Origin: Desulfobacterales bacterium
Lineage (GTDB): Bacteria; Desulfobacterota; Desulfobacteria; Desulfobacterales; UBA2174
Length of the DNA stretch: 64,000 nt
Direction of reading: 5' to 3'
Assembly (NCBI GenBank): GCA_963668645.2
Contig: CAXXWC010000001.1
Span: 416,001 to 480,000 of the forward strand
Shown: positions 10,770 through 21,018 of the stretch, in pieces
How the letters are laid out: the number at the start of each line of letters is the position of its first letter
How positions within the stretch are numbered: the first letter of the stretch is position 1
The notes under the pieces: generated by a model
Database searches by the model: none
What the model was told of the DNA's origin: nothing
Seen by the model: the letters and a program-made list of their open reading frames with translations, nothing else
Program-made: the position numbers and the translations under genes

Positions 10770-10958
10770 GTGAACACCCAGACCTTAGCCGTAACCATCT
10801 TTACCCTTTGGCTGGTGATGGGCCTCGGTTTTCTGGCCACCTACACCAAAGGCCGCAAGGCGGACCGCAACCTGCTTAAAAGCCTCGGAACCACCGAAGG
10901 CCTGCTTTTCGTCGCCAGCGTGGCCGGCTCCATCATCTACTTTTTCGCCGCCCTTTAA
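10770..10958 (+). CDS. small two-TM membrane protein, hypothetical
   Basis: 62 aa with two hydrophobic segments; GGAGA before the GTG start. Confidence 0.6.
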   Translation: MNTQTLAVTIFTLWLVMGLGFLATYTKGRKADRNLLKSLGTTEGLLFVASVAGSIIYFFAAL

Positions 10959-10975
10959 TTCTTTCGCAACGCCTA

Positions 10976-11416
10976 TCACCCCTCGCGGTCTGCCTGAGAA
11001 TTTTCAGCGTCACCGGCCACCAACGGTTTCAAATCGATGATCGGGGTTCCGTCGAACATGTCCAGACCGCGCACGCGCAGGATGTTTCTCCGCACGTGCA
11101 GCACCTCGACCACACTCATGCCGATGGGATTGGGCCGGCGTGGCGAGCAGATGGAAAATACGCCCATCTCGGTGCGGTGATGCGGCGGCCGCTGGACAAG
11201 CAGACCGGGTTCAAAAGCAGCGCTGCGATGGAAGTGAAACAGGACCACGATCCGGTCTCCGGCCTGCATACTGCACAGCCCTTGGCTGTAAATCGGATCG
11301 ATCACCAATTCCCCCTCAAGGTCGGATACCGACCAATGGCGAGGTACGCTGGGCGCCTCATGGCATACGCGGCCGATGGGCGTAAAACAGATCGTATCTG
11401 AAAGGGGCTCTTTCAT
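10976..11416 (-). CDS. tsaA: tRNA m6t6A37 methyltransferase TrmO/TsaA family
   Basis: PIGRV, GVFS..SPRRPNPIG.S, GLDMFDGTPIIDLKP; alternative start at 11470. Confidence 0.88.
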   Translation of the reverse strand: MKEPLSDTICFTPIGRVCHEAPSVPRHWSVSDLEGELVIDPIYSQGLCSMQAGDRIVVLFHFHRSAAFEPGLLVQRPPHHRTEMGVFSICSPRRPNPIGMSVVEVLHVRRNILRVRGLDMFDGTPIIDLKPLVAGDAENSQADREG

Positions 11417-11462
11417 AGCGCTTTTCTCCGAAAGGCGTTCAGGGCCGAGATTGCCGACATCA

Positions 11463-12860
11463 TCATCCATGCGCCTGTTTTTCCAACCGCGCCACGGCCT
11501 CGATATGAAAAGTATGCGGAAACATGTCCACCGGCTGGACTTCCTCCACCCGATAACCGTCTTTGAGCAGGGCCAGATCCCGGGCCAGCGTGGCCGGGTT
11601 GCAGGAAACATAGACGATCCGGGGCGGAGCCAGTTCCAGAAGCCGGCCCACCACCTCGGGGTGCATCCCGGAGCGGGGTGGATCGACGATCACCAGTTCC
11701 GGCCGCTCCTGGAGGCCGCCGAACACCGCACGGATATCTCCCTGGACAAAATGGCAATTCGTCACCCGGTTGTGCGCGCAGTTGCGCCGGGCATCGTCCA
11801 CCGCGGAATCCACAATCTCGACCCCGACGATACGGCGGGCCGCCGGAGACAGGAAAATGGGAATCGTACCGATACCGCTGTACAGATCGAACACCGTCTG
11901 GGTCCCGTCCAGGCCGGCATAATCGAAAACGGTGCGGTAGAGCCGTTCGGCCCCCCGGGTGTTGGTTTGAAAAAAGCTGTTGGCCGAGATCTCGAATTCC
12001 CAGGGACCGATTCGGTCGGTGAGCACCGCGTCCCCGGCCAAAAGACGTTCGTATTCACCCACCGCGATGGCGGCCGGCCGGCTGGTGATGTTGTTGACCA
12101 CCCCGGCCACCTCGGGGTGGTCGGAGATCAACTCTTCTGCCAGGGGCTGGACGGCGGCCCTATCTTCGCTGGCCGTGATCAGGTTGACCAGCCACCGGTC
12201 CCGTGCCACGCTGTGGCGCAGCATGACAAAACGCCAGAACCCTTCGTGGCTGCGCAGTCCGTAGGGGGGAAGGCCGGACTGGCGCAGATGGCTGCGGATC
12301 TTGGCAAGCAGGGTATTGCCCAAGTCCGGCATCAAGAGGCAGGTCTCTGTATCCAGGACCCTGTCGAAGGTTCCCGGAACATGCAGTCCCAGAGCAAACC
12401 CGCGCTCGATATCCATGTCCCCGAGCTCTTCGGGCATCACCCAACGCCGGTCGGTGCAGGAAAATTCCATTTTATTGCGGTAGCCGAAAACAGGCTCGGC
12501 CGCCAGCACCGGATGCACCGCAACCTCGCCCAAACCGCCGATGTGGGTCAGGGCTTCGCTCACCTGCTGGTGTTTGTAGACGAGCTGGGCCGCGTAGGAA
12601 AGGTGCTGCCATTTACATCCACCGCAAACCCCGCTGTAAGGGCAAGGCGCGGCCACCCGGTCTGGGGAAGGCCGCAGCAGATCCACGACACGGGCTTCGG
12701 CGTACTGCTTCTTGCGCCGCACGATGCGCGCCAGAACCCGGTCCCCGCCCACGGCGCCGTCCACGAAAACCACCATTCCTTCGACCCGGGCAAGCCCCTT
12801 GCCTCCCAGGGCCACATCCTCGACTTCCAGCTCGATGGTCTGGCCTTTTTTAACCGTCAC
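11463..12860 (-). CDS. rlmD: 23S rRNA (uracil-5)-methyltransferase with TRAM domain
   Basis: TRAM domain, CPY...CGGC, YRNKMEF, SFFQTN, DLYSGIG, VDPPRSG, YVSCNP.TLARD, VDMFPHT.H.E. Confidence 0.94.
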   Translation of the reverse strand: MTVKKGQTIELEVEDVALGGKGLARVEGMVVFVDGAVGGDRVLARIVRRKKQYAEARVVDLLRPSPDRVAAPCPYSGVCGGCKWQHLSYAAQLVYKHQQVSEALTHIGGLGEVAVHPVLAAEPVFGYRNKMEFSCTDRRWVMPEELGDMDIERGFALGLHVPGTFDRVLDTETCLLMPDLGNTLLAKIRSHLRQSGLPPYGLRSHEGFWRFVMLRHSVARDRWLVNLITASEDRAAVQPLAEELISDHPEVAGVVNNITSRPAAIAVGEYERLLAGDAVLTDRIGPWEFEISANSFFQTNTRGAERLYRTVFDYAGLDGTQTVFDLYSGIGTIPIFLSPAARRIVGVEIVDSAVDDARRNCAHNRVTNCHFVQGDIRAVFGGLQERPELVIVDPPRSGMHPEVVGRLLELAPPRIVYVSCNPATLARDLALLKDGYRVEEVQPVDMFPHTFHIEAVARLEKQAHG

Positions 12861-13001
12861 AGACCCTCCCTGTGCAAACAATTTGCAAATTCTCTCCGAT
12901 TTGGCATAATTAACTGCAAAAGGGAGCCTATAGCCTCATCACCGTTCAAAGTAAAGCATCTCTCCGGCCCGTCATCTCAACGGCTTCTCTGAGGATAGCA
13001 C

Positions 13002-13730
13002 ATGGTCAGGCCTGTAGATACGCCAGCCGAAAGCGGCTGCGGCAGACTCTGCTTTACGGCCGACGGCCTGGAATTGGCCGGATGGCTGCATCGGCCTGGA
13101 TTCGAGAAGTTTCCGGTGGTAATCGGGGTTCACGGCCTGCTCAGCAACGCTTGCTCGCCCAAGCAGCAAAGCCTGGCCGAGGCCTGTTGCCGGGCCGGAA
13201 TCGGATACTTTCGCTTCGATCACCGCGGCTGCGGTCAAAGCCAGGGAGATATGGCGGCCACCACGCTGGAGGCACGGGTCCGTGATCTGCTGGCTGCCGC
13301 GGCTCGAGTGCAAGAGGCCGTCTCAAGCGACAGCCCCATCGGCCTGTTCGGATCGAGCCTCGGAGCTTCGGTCTGCATCGCAGCGGCCCGTGATTTGAAT
13401 CCGGTCGCCATGGTCGTTTATGCTGGCCCCCTCAAGAGCCGGGGCATCGGTGCGGCGGCGGCCGAGGCTCACCCCCAGCTTGCCGGCCTGGATCTTTCTT
13501 TCGACCTGAGCGATCGCATAGAGGGGCTGCACCACCTGCTGGTGGTGCACGGCACCGACGATAAGATCGTACCGGTGGCCGACGCCGCTAGAATTCATGA
13601 CGCCGCCGGGTTTCCCAAACGCTTGTGGCTGCAGACGGGAGGTGACCATTTGATGAGCGATCCGGTCCACCAGCAGCAGTTTCGCCGGCAAGCCCTGAAC
13701 TGGTTTCAGACGGCATTTGTTGCATCATGA
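13002..13730 (+). CDS. alpha/beta hydrolase
   Basis: HG oxyanion motif, RFDHRGCGQS, GSSLG nucleophile, HGTDD, GDH. Confidence 0.88.
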   Translation: MVRPVDTPAESGCGRLCFTADGLELAGWLHRPGFEKFPVVIGVHGLLSNACSPKQQSLAEACCRAGIGYFRFDHRGCGQSQGDMAATTLEARVRDLLAAAARVQEAVSSDSPIGLFGSSLGASVCIAAARDLNPVAMVVYAGPLKSRGIGAAAAEAHPQLAGLDLSFDLSDRIEGLHHLLVVHGTDDKIVPVADAARIHDAAGFPKRLWLQTGGDHLMSDPVHQQQFRRQALNWFQTAFVAS

Positions 13731-13777
13731 CAACGCCATTACGAAAAACCGACACCCGAAACCCCAAAGGAGCGCCC

Positions 13778-14731
13778 ATGACCGAACCGAGCCCCGGCAA
13801 ACTGGTCCGCAGGGCCTTTGTCAAACGGGTGCTGCGCCGCACCCTGGCCCTGGTCACGATCATCAGCCTGATTTACGGCCTGGCAGCGGCAGTCTATTCG
13901 ACCCGCACCATCTTCAAAGTCAAGATGAACTATGCCGTGGTCCTCGAAAGGCTCAACGGCGAGCGCATCGCCGTCACCGATGTGGGCTGGCACGCCCGGC
14001 TGCCTTTCTTTACCCGCATCGAGCAGGAAGTCACCCTGATGAACCAGCGCCTCTTTCTGGGCGGCACTGTGGAACCGATGCGCATCATCTCCAAGGAGAA
14101 CGTGGCCTTGTGGACCTCGGCGGTGCTCACCTTCCGCATCCGTAACCTGCACACCTGGGCCATCGAGAACAAGGATGCCATGAGCATCCTCCAGGGCGAC
14201 TATGACGGCATCGTCAAGGACATCCTCCAGGCCCAGGAAGTCAACCGCCTGATCAGCGACCGCGAATCGATCAAGGAAGAGATCTTCACCGCCCTGTCCT
14301 CGAGGCCCATCAACATCGGCGGGCCGACACTGGCCGGCAAGTACGGGATCGAGGTGGTCAGCTTCGTGCTCAAAGAGACCCATTTCGGCGAAAAGCTGGT
14401 GGAAGCCACCGAGGAAAAAAAGCGCCGCGAGCTGATCGCCGAGGCGGAAAACTACGCCGCCGACCAGGAGGCGAGCCGCATCCGCAAGCTTTACGCGGCA
14501 TACCTGGAAAGTATCCAAGCCCTGCAACAGGCCTTGGGCAGACCGGACGGCTCTACCGACACGGCCCTGCTCGAGTTCCTGGTCCAGCAAAAATGGGCCT
14601 CGGCCTATGAAAAGAATGAAACTGGCCAGAACACGGTGGTGATCCAGAATACATCGTCAGCCCCGTCGCTGACCCTGCCCATGCCGTCGCCGGCCGCGGG
14701 AGAAAATCATGGCGCGAAGGTTAACCCGTGA
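13778..14731 (+). CDS. SPFH/band-7 domain membrane protein
   Basis: N-terminal TM, VVLERL.G......GWHARLPF, YGIEVVSF.LK, then an E/A/K-rich coiled coil; AAGGAG RBS. Confidence 0.8.
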   Translation: MTEPSPGKLVRRAFVKRVLRRTLALVTIISLIYGLAAAVYSTRTIFKVKMNYAVVLERLNGERIAVTDVGWHARLPFFTRIEQEVTLMNQRLFLGGTVEPMRIISKENVALWTSAVLTFRIRNLHTWAIENKDAMSILQGDYDGIVKDILQAQEVNRLISDRESIKEEIFTALSSRPINIGGPTLAGKYGIEVVSFVLKETHFGEKLVEATEEKKRRELIAEAENYAADQEASRIRKLYAAYLESIQALQQALGRPDGSTDTALLEFLVQQKWASAYEKNETGQNTVVIQNTSSAPSLTLPMPSPAAGENHGAKVNP

Positions 14732-17700
14732 GATTCATTACGTGCGGCTGCCAGAAGGACGGCTGCGCGAAATAGAAGCCCTGGTGGCGGCCTGGCCATA
14801 CGAGACCAAAGCTTTCATGCGGGCCCGGCTCAATCAATACCGCCCGCCGTCGGACTGGCTCAACAACTTTTTGGATGCCTTTCTGTCCCTTTTTTTCGAC
14901 GCCCCCCAGAGGCATTTCCAGATTCTCAAAGACCCGGCGATTCTCACCGACTGGCAGAAACGATTCGAACTCTCAGGGCAGACCAACCCCCAGGAAGCCT
15001 GGCACAAGATCCTTGAAAAAGAGGTCTCGGCCCGGGACTACCGCTATCTGCTCTCCTTGCTCGATCGCGAGTTGACCGACGTGCATGTGCCCGAGGAGCT
15101 GGCCGAACTGTTCGAAAAGGTTTACCGGGCCCACATCCGCAAAGAGTATTTCAGCGACCCTTCCGTGCCCAAAGCGCCCTTGCTCCTAGTGGTGGGCCCC
15201 AGCGGCAGCGGCAAGACCGCCACGGTGACCGAGGCGGTGGAAAAGGTCATCTTCCGCAGCGAGGTGTGCCCAGAAGTCGATCTGAACCACAAAAAAGAGG
15301 AACTGCTGGCCACCGAGCCCTTCTGGAAGGGCATCGAGGAAATCGATCCGACCCTGGCGGCTGAAATCCGGCGCCAGCAAAAGCTGCGCTTTTACAAACG
15401 CCTTTCACACCTGCCTTTGGTGAGCAGACTTTTTAAGCGGCGCATCGGCAAGCACCTTTCCGACCTGGAAGAACAGGGCATCTGGGTCGATTATGCCATG
15501 GTCACCCCCAACGACTACCAGACCGCCTTGGCCGGAGAGCCGGGCAACTACTTCAAAAAGGCCCTGGGCGACCCGCGTAAAACCGCCATCCGCCATGTGG
15601 AGGAGGCCCACAGCGCCTTCGGCAAGGCCGGCGGCCGGGACGGCGGACCCGAACGCCAGCAGCGCACTCTCATCGACACGTCAAACATCGTCATCGACGA
15701 GATCATCAGCGGCCGCCGGGACTGTCTGCTCATCGCCACCACGGACCAGCCCGAGCGCTTCGATGCCACCATCTACCGGCGTTTTGTGGAAAAGGGGCGC
15801 ATCGTGGACATCAGCCGGTTCTGGACCAACCCAGCCAACCTGCACGAGCTGGTACGCCTGGAACTGCTGCGCAACGACATCCGCCAGGCCGTGGCCCCTG
15901 ATCCGGGCTGCGCCTGGGCTGCACGCTGTCTTTCGCCCGAGCGCATCGATGCCGCGGTGGACAAAATCTACCGCATCTTCGAAGAACGGGCCCTCAAGGT
16001 GATCCCTTCCTATGTGCGCAAGCTCATCGGTTCGGTGATCGAAATCAAGGGCGACTTCGAAGCCGAGCACCTGGACGACGCCCTGCTGGTGCGCCAGGCC
16101 TTCGAACTGGTGGCGCGCAACAGCTACGGCGACCTGTTCAACAGGGTGGTCGACCGCATGGACCGCAAGGTGCTCTGGGAATCTTACGTAGGCGGGATCA
16201 AGAACACCTTCTCGGAGATGATCAACAACTGCCTCTATTACGGGGTGGCCGACGAAAAGGGAGTGGTGCTCAACGGACCGCCGGGCTCCGGCAAGACCTT
16301 TCTGGTACGCGCCTGGCTCAGCGAAAACAAGACCGTCCACGACATCAGCACCAGCCCCACCGCCTTGCAGAATCCGGCCAACCCCATCGACGGGGCGATC
16401 GAGAATCTTGAAAAAGTCTACGATATCGCCAAGATGATCGCTCCTACAGTGGTTTTCTTCGACGAGGGCGACGCTTTGGCGCCGCGCCGCAGCCCCTCGG
16501 GGGGCAACCCCTCGGACAAGCTGACCAACCGCTTTCTCAACCTCATCGACGGCGAGGTACCGCTCAACAGGGTCTTTACGGTTTTGACCACCAACCGCAT
16601 CGACATCCTCGATCCGGCCCTGATCCGCTCCAAACGTCTCAAGGTGATGGAGGTATCAGGCCATCTGACCCGGGAGGACATCGCCGACATCGTGGCCAAG
16701 GCCCTGGAGGGGATCCCGCTCCAGGAAGGACTCCAGCCGGCGGACATCGTCGAAGCGGCCAAGGGGATTTGCAACACCCCGGCCGACTATGCCGCCTTCG
16801 TGGAAAAGGCCTGTGCCCTGCGCAGCACTGAATATGAAGTCATCCAGCGCTTCAAAGCCATTTTTGACAAGGGGCCCACCGCCCTGGAAAACTTCGTCAA
16901 ATTCAACTTCAAGACCCTGAGCGGGATCCTGGACGCCATCGGTGCACCACAGAGCCTCAAGGGGGCCATCAAGGGTGATGCAGGCCTCTTTCTCAAGCAT
17001 GCCGAGGAGGTGATACCGCTAGTGGTGCCGGTCAATCGGGCTGCCGGCTACCCGCTGATGCCATCGCACCTTCATTCGGCCCGCCACGAAATTTCCGGCA
17101 GCCCGGTTAAAAAGGGCAAGGTGCAGCTCGATGAGTTTCTCGAAGCCGAATTAAGCCAGGAGCCCCAGATCGGATTCATTATCGGCGTGGGCGCCAGCGA
17201 CGTCAGCGGGGTGCTGCTGCCCATCGCCACCAGCCTGACCTACAGCCTGGGACCCGAAAAAGTCCTGGTTACCGGTGCGGTCTCATCCTCGGCCCCGGCG
17301 GCCGCCGAGATGGATATGGCGGTCAAAATGACCCAGCAATCGGCTCAGGAAGCCCTGACCATGGTCAAGAACTATCTCCAGCAGCTGGCCCCCAAGACCA
17401 GCGTGGCCAAGCTGCTGGGCGAATTCCTGGGCCAGTATACCATCCATCACCAGTTGCTTTCGGCCTCCTATAACGTGGGCGGGCCTTCGGCCGGCTACGC
17501 CCTGGCGCTCAACACCCTTTCGGCCCTGCTCCACATCCCGGTCTACCACGACTTTGGCATCACCGGGGCACCCTGGACCAAAGGGGTCAAGACCGGCGAG
17601 GTGGGCGGTTCGGTGCTCATCGGCGGGCACAAGAAAAAAGCCGAAAAGGTTCTCCAGTACCTGCGGCGCATGTACATGCCGCTGCAAAACTACAAGGATC

Positions 17701-18125
17701 TGGAAATCGAGTTCCTGTTGGCCTACTGGGCCCAGAACAAGGATGTGCTGGGGGTCAGCCACTTCGGTGATCTGGTGCCCGAAGTGGTCTGGCTCGGGCC
17801 GGATTATGAGAAAATCCTGCTCGAATTGGTCGAGCGTCGCATTCAATACAAGATCGCCAAGCACCAAGGTAGCGTTCCCTCTTCGGCGGACAAACAAAAG
17901 GTCATCGATCTCAAGGCAATTTTACGCGAAAAGCTGGAAGAGGTAATCACGGTGCGCCTGGATGCCATGCGGGCCTACCAGCGAAACCCCATGCGCGATC
18001 CCCACATGTCGCTGAACGAGATTTTTCGCATCTACAGCAAACCCCACCAGCGCATGCTGTCGCCGCTGTTGGGCCGGATACGCCAGCGTATAGCGGCCCT
18101 GCGCGGTCCACGGGATGAAGAATGA
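14709..18125 (+). CDS. tandem AAA+ ATPase fused to a C-terminal Lon (S16)-type protease domain
   Basis: Two Walker A motifs (GPSGSGKT, GPPGSGKT); second module has VFFDE, TTN and LDPALIRSKR; C-terminal GGPSAG...GITG...IGGHKKK. Confidence 0.85.
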   Translation: MARRLTREIHYVRLPEGRLREIEALVAAWPYETKAFMRARLNQYRPPSDWLNNFLDAFLSLFFDAPQRHFQILKDPAILTDWQKRFELSGQTNPQEAWHKILEKEVSARDYRYLLSLLDRELTDVHVPEELAELFEKVYRAHIRKEYFSDPSVPKAPLLLVVGPSGSGKTATVTEAVEKVIFRSEVCPEVDLNHKKEELLATEPFWKGIEEIDPTLAAEIRRQQKLRFYKRLSHLPLVSRLFKRRIGKHLSDLEEQGIWVDYAMVTPNDYQTALAGEPGNYFKKALGDPRKTAIRHVEEAHSAFGKAGGRDGGPERQQRTLIDTSNIVIDEIISGRRDCLLIATTDQPERFDATIYRRFVEKGRIVDISRFWTNPANLHELVRLELLRNDIRQAVAPDPGCAWAARCLSPERIDAAVDKIYRIFEERALKVIPSYVRKLIGSVIEIKGDFEAEHLDDALLVRQAFELVARNSYGDLFNRVVDRMDRKVLWESYVGGIKNTFSEMINNCLYYGVADEKGVVLNGPPGSGKTFLVRAWLSENKTVHDISTSPTALQNPANPIDGAIENLEKVYDIAKMIAPTVVFFDEGDALAPRRSPSGGNPSDKLTNRFLNLIDGEVPLNRVFTVLTTNRIDILDPALIRSKRLKVMEVSGHLTREDIADIVAKALEGIPLQEGLQPADIVEAAKGICNTPADYAAFVEKACALRSTEYEVIQRFKAIFDKGPTALENFVKFNFKTLSGILDAIGAPQSLKGAIKGDAGLFLKHAEEVIPLVVPVNRAAGYPLMPSHLHSARHEISGSPVKKGKVQLDEFLEAELSQEPQIGFIIGVGASDVSGVLLPIATSLTYSLGPEKVLVTGAVSSSAPAAAEMDMAVKMTQQSAQEALTMVKNYLQQLAPKTSVAKLLGEFLGQYTIHHQLLSASYNVGGPSAGYALALNTLSALLHIPVYHDFGITGAPWTKGVKTGEVGGSVLIGGHKKKAEKVLQYLRRMYMPLQNYKDLEIEFLLAYWAQNKDVLGVSHFGDLVPEVVWLGPDYEKILLELVERRIQYKIAKHQGSVPSSADKQKVIDLKAILREKLEEVITVRLDAMRAYQRNPMRDPHMSLNEIFRIYSKPHQRMLSPLLGRIRQRIAALRGPRDEE

Positions 18126-18195
18126 GGAAAGGCCGGAGGACCAAAGGCGCAGGACGCGGTCGAGCACCGGCTTAAATCTTCTCTATTCCCCGTTC

Positions 18196-19422
18196 TCACG
18201 GGGTCTTCGCGGTTCCATCGTAGACCATACGACCGTCCACCACGATGGCTGCCACCCGCTCCAGGCTCCCGGGAAGATCCTCGGGCGTTCCGGAAACGAG
18301 AATGAAATCGGCCTTCGCTCCCGCCTTGAGTTCGCCGCTGCGGCCGAGCCCAAGCAACCGGGCACCGTTGACCGCCGCGCAGCGGATCGTTTCGGCGATG
18401 GAATAGCCGGCGATCCCCATCAACTTCATCTCAACGAGCATCCCCCTGCCATGACGCACACCGGGACTGCCGGCATCGGTGCCCAGAGCCAGCGGAACCC
18501 CCAGGCAACGGGCCCGCGAGATCTGATCCAACTGGTGTTCGAGATGGCGCCGCGCGCCTTCGGCCTCGGGGCACTGTTCCGCTACACAGCGACCGTAACC
18601 CGCCATGGTGCCGCAGGTCGGCACCCAGACGGTACCCCGCGACGCCATTACGGCCAGGTTGGCTTCGCCCATGAAGAATCCGTGTTCGATGCTGTCGCAC
18701 CCGGCGGCCAGGGCTTCGGCCACCGGGATCGGTCCGTTGGCATGCACCATCACCCGAAGCCCCCGGCCATGGGCAGCGGCCACCGCATCCCGCAGCTCAT
18801 CCGAAGTGAACTGCGAGCGGCTCGGTGCTCCGAAGCGGGTCAGATGGTTGATCCCGGAATGGATGATCTTGACATGATCGATGTCCGGGTTGCCGGATTC
18901 AAGCGCCTGCGCCAGAGATTGGCCGGATTGGGGGGTGCGCCCGAAGGTGCGCCCGTAACGCCCGATCTGATGCCAGGCCCAACCGCAGGTCCGCAGCACG
19001 AAACCGGGAGGAAGCCGGTAGGGCTGCGTGCGGGCCAGATCCCGTACCTGCCCCGAGGCGTCGCCCCCATCGCGCACGGCCAAGACCCCGCGGTAAAAAT
19101 GGCGCCGCATCCGCATCCCCATCTCGTCAACATTCCTCTCGCAGTCAGCATCCAATTGGCGTTGGCGCAGCAGTTCATCGCAGCGGCCGGAAAGATGAAA
19201 ATGCACATGCGCATCGACCAGCGGCGGCAGAATGGTGAACTGTCGCCGGTCCAACAGTCCGGGGGCACCTGGATTCAATCCAGCCGGACGGATCCTTTCG
19301 ATCCGCCCGGCTGCGATGTCCAAGACCATGCCCGGCCTGGGGCGACGGCCACTGCCGTCGATGAGCCAGCCGCAATGAACGGCCCACGCATCTGATCGCT
19401 TTTCGCCCGCAGCGGCTGTCAT
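18196..19422 (-). CDS. metal-dependent amidohydrolase
   Basis: P.LVDAHVH, VHA, SIEHG, LGTDAG, G.L..G..ADFILV. Confidence 0.88.
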   Translation of the reverse strand: MTAAAGEKRSDAWAVHCGWLIDGSGRRPRPGMVLDIAAGRIERIRPAGLNPGAPGLLDRRQFTILPPLVDAHVHFHLSGRCDELLRQRQLDADCERNVDEMGMRMRRHFYRGVLAVRDGGDASGQVRDLARTQPYRLPPGFVLRTCGWAWHQIGRYGRTFGRTPQSGQSLAQALESGNPDIDHVKIIHSGINHLTRFGAPSRSQFTSDELRDAVAAAHGRGLRVMVHANGPIPVAEALAAGCDSIEHGFFMGEANLAVMASRGTVWVPTCGTMAGYGRCVAEQCPEAEGARRHLEHQLDQISRARCLGVPLALGTDAGSPGVRHGRGMLVEMKLMGIAGYSIAETIRCAAVNGARLLGLGRSGELKAGAKADFILVSGTPEDLPGSLERVAAIVVDGRMVYDGTAKTP

Positions 19423-20780
19423 GCCCAACTCTTGTCCGGTGCATCCGAGCCTTTGGGTACCGTCCCGGAAGAGTTTTCGAGCAGAAGCGGTTCAGCCCAG
19501 ATCGGCCTGGCCCGGGCGGCCAAATCCGGTGTCATCCCCTGCTCCAAAACGATTCGCAGCAGGTTCAAGGCCGTTGCGGCAAAGGCCCTTTTGTTGGTCA
19601 AGCGGTCGTCAAAGGCGAACCGATAGGCGAACGAATCTTCTCCTTCGGGTCCGGCGATGCCGATACAAATGCTCCCCACCGGTTTGGCGGTGCTTCCTCC
19701 CGCCGGGCCGGCAATACCGCTGGTCGCCAGCCCGTATGTCGTTCCGGCCAAGCGGCGTACCCCGGCAGCCATTTCCCGGGTAGTGCGAGGGTGAACGGCC
19801 CCCCAGCTGCCCATCGTTTCAGGCCTGACCCCGAGTACGGCCTGTTTGGCAGCATCGGCGTAGGTTACCGCCCCGAGCCGGAAATAATTCGAACTGCCCG
19901 CCACGTCGGTGATCCATGATGCCAAAAGCCCCCCGGTGCAGCTCTCGGCCAGGGCCAGGGTCGCCTTCTGCCGTGTCAGTTCGTGTCCCACGACCTGGGT
20001 CAACGACAATCCTTCGATCGACACTACCTTGGTGCCCAGCCGATCCGCCACCCAGGCGGCAGCCTCCTGCTCACGCCGGTTAAGATGCTCCTCGTCGCTG
20101 CCGGCAAGATAGAGCCGCACATGGATCTCCGGAAAATGCGCCCTCAGCCCGAGCTGAATATCGCTGAACTGCTCCTCGAATCCGGCCAACCGATCGTCCA
20201 GGGTGGATTCGGGTAGGCCGAAGGTGGTCAGCACCCGTACCCGTCGCAGCTCATGCGAAGCCCCGCGCCGCAAATCAATCTGCGGCAGCACCGACTCGGC
20301 CAGCATACGGCGCATCTCGCGGGGCACCCCAGGCAGAAAGTAAAAGCGGCAGCGTCCCAGATCCATTGCGAAACCAGGTGCCGAACCCACTGGATTGTCC
20401 AGACAAACGGCGCCCTTGGGCAGTCGCCCTTGTTTGCGATTGGTGGCCGTCACCGGGCGGCCGCGGCGGTGAAAAAAACCTTCCACCACGGCCATGGCCT
20501 TTGTATCGTCTATCAATTCGAGCCCGGCGGCCCGGGCTGCAGCCGCTGCGGTGACATCGTCCCCGGTCGGCCCCAGTCCACCGGTCACCACAGCCACATC
20601 GGCCCGGCCGCCCATTTCCTGCAGCACGCCGGCGATGGTTTCGATCCGGTCGCCGACGCAGCAATGCCGCACAACGGTCAAACCGGCGCCTTCCAGAGCC
20701 GCGGCGATATAAGCCGCATTGCTGTCGACCACCGCACCGGTGCGCACCTCGTCTCCGGTGGACAAGATCTCTGCGATCAT
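19419..20780 (-). CDS. cinA: CinA family protein (MoCF-like domain + NMN deamidase PncC)
   Basis: TGDEV..G..VDSN, TGGLGPT.DD, LPGVP.EM, AESCTGG, SGIAGP.G. Confidence 0.92.
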   Translation of the reverse strand: MIAEILSTGDEVRTGAVVDSNAAYIAAALEGAGLTVVRHCCVGDRIETIAGVLQEMGGRADVAVVTGGLGPTGDDVTAAAAARAAGLELIDDTKAMAVVEGFFHRRGRPVTATNRKQGRLPKGAVCLDNPVGSAPGFAMDLGRCRFYFLPGVPREMRRMLAESVLPQIDLRRGASHELRRVRVLTTFGLPESTLDDRLAGFEEQFSDIQLGLRAHFPEIHVRLYLAGSDEEHLNRREQEAAAWVADRLGTKVVSIEGLSLTQVVGHELTRQKATLALAESCTGGLLASWITDVAGSSNYFRLGAVTYADAAKQAVLGVRPETMGSWGAVHPRTTREMAAGVRRLAGTTYGLATSGIAGPAGGSTAKPVGSICIGIAGPEGEDSFAYRFAFDDRLTNKRAFAATALNLLRIVLEQGMTPDLAARARPIWAEPLLLENSSGTVPKGSDAPDKSWA

Positions 20781-20990
20781 GATAAATTGCCTCCATACGA
20801 ACGTAAGGGTATCCCAAAAATCACAAAGATGCATTTTTCAGACAAAACCGGAAGCAGGTCAAGCGGAAGATGCACGCTGCCGTCCCTGCGCACCCCAAGC
20901 AGTGCGGCAGCGGCAGTTTGCTGAAAAACGGCACCCTAATGACCGGGCCGGGAATTCTTCACAGAATCGGTGTCATTCGGATCACTGTGA

Positions 20991-21018
20991 TTGACGCCGG
21001 TCTAAGGCATCCTACAAT
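20991..21018 (+). promoter_or_regulatory. sigma70-like promoter of the repeat-protein operon
   Basis: TTGACG, 16-bp spacer, TACAAT; implies a leader of about 175 nt before ATG 21201. Confidence 0.65.
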
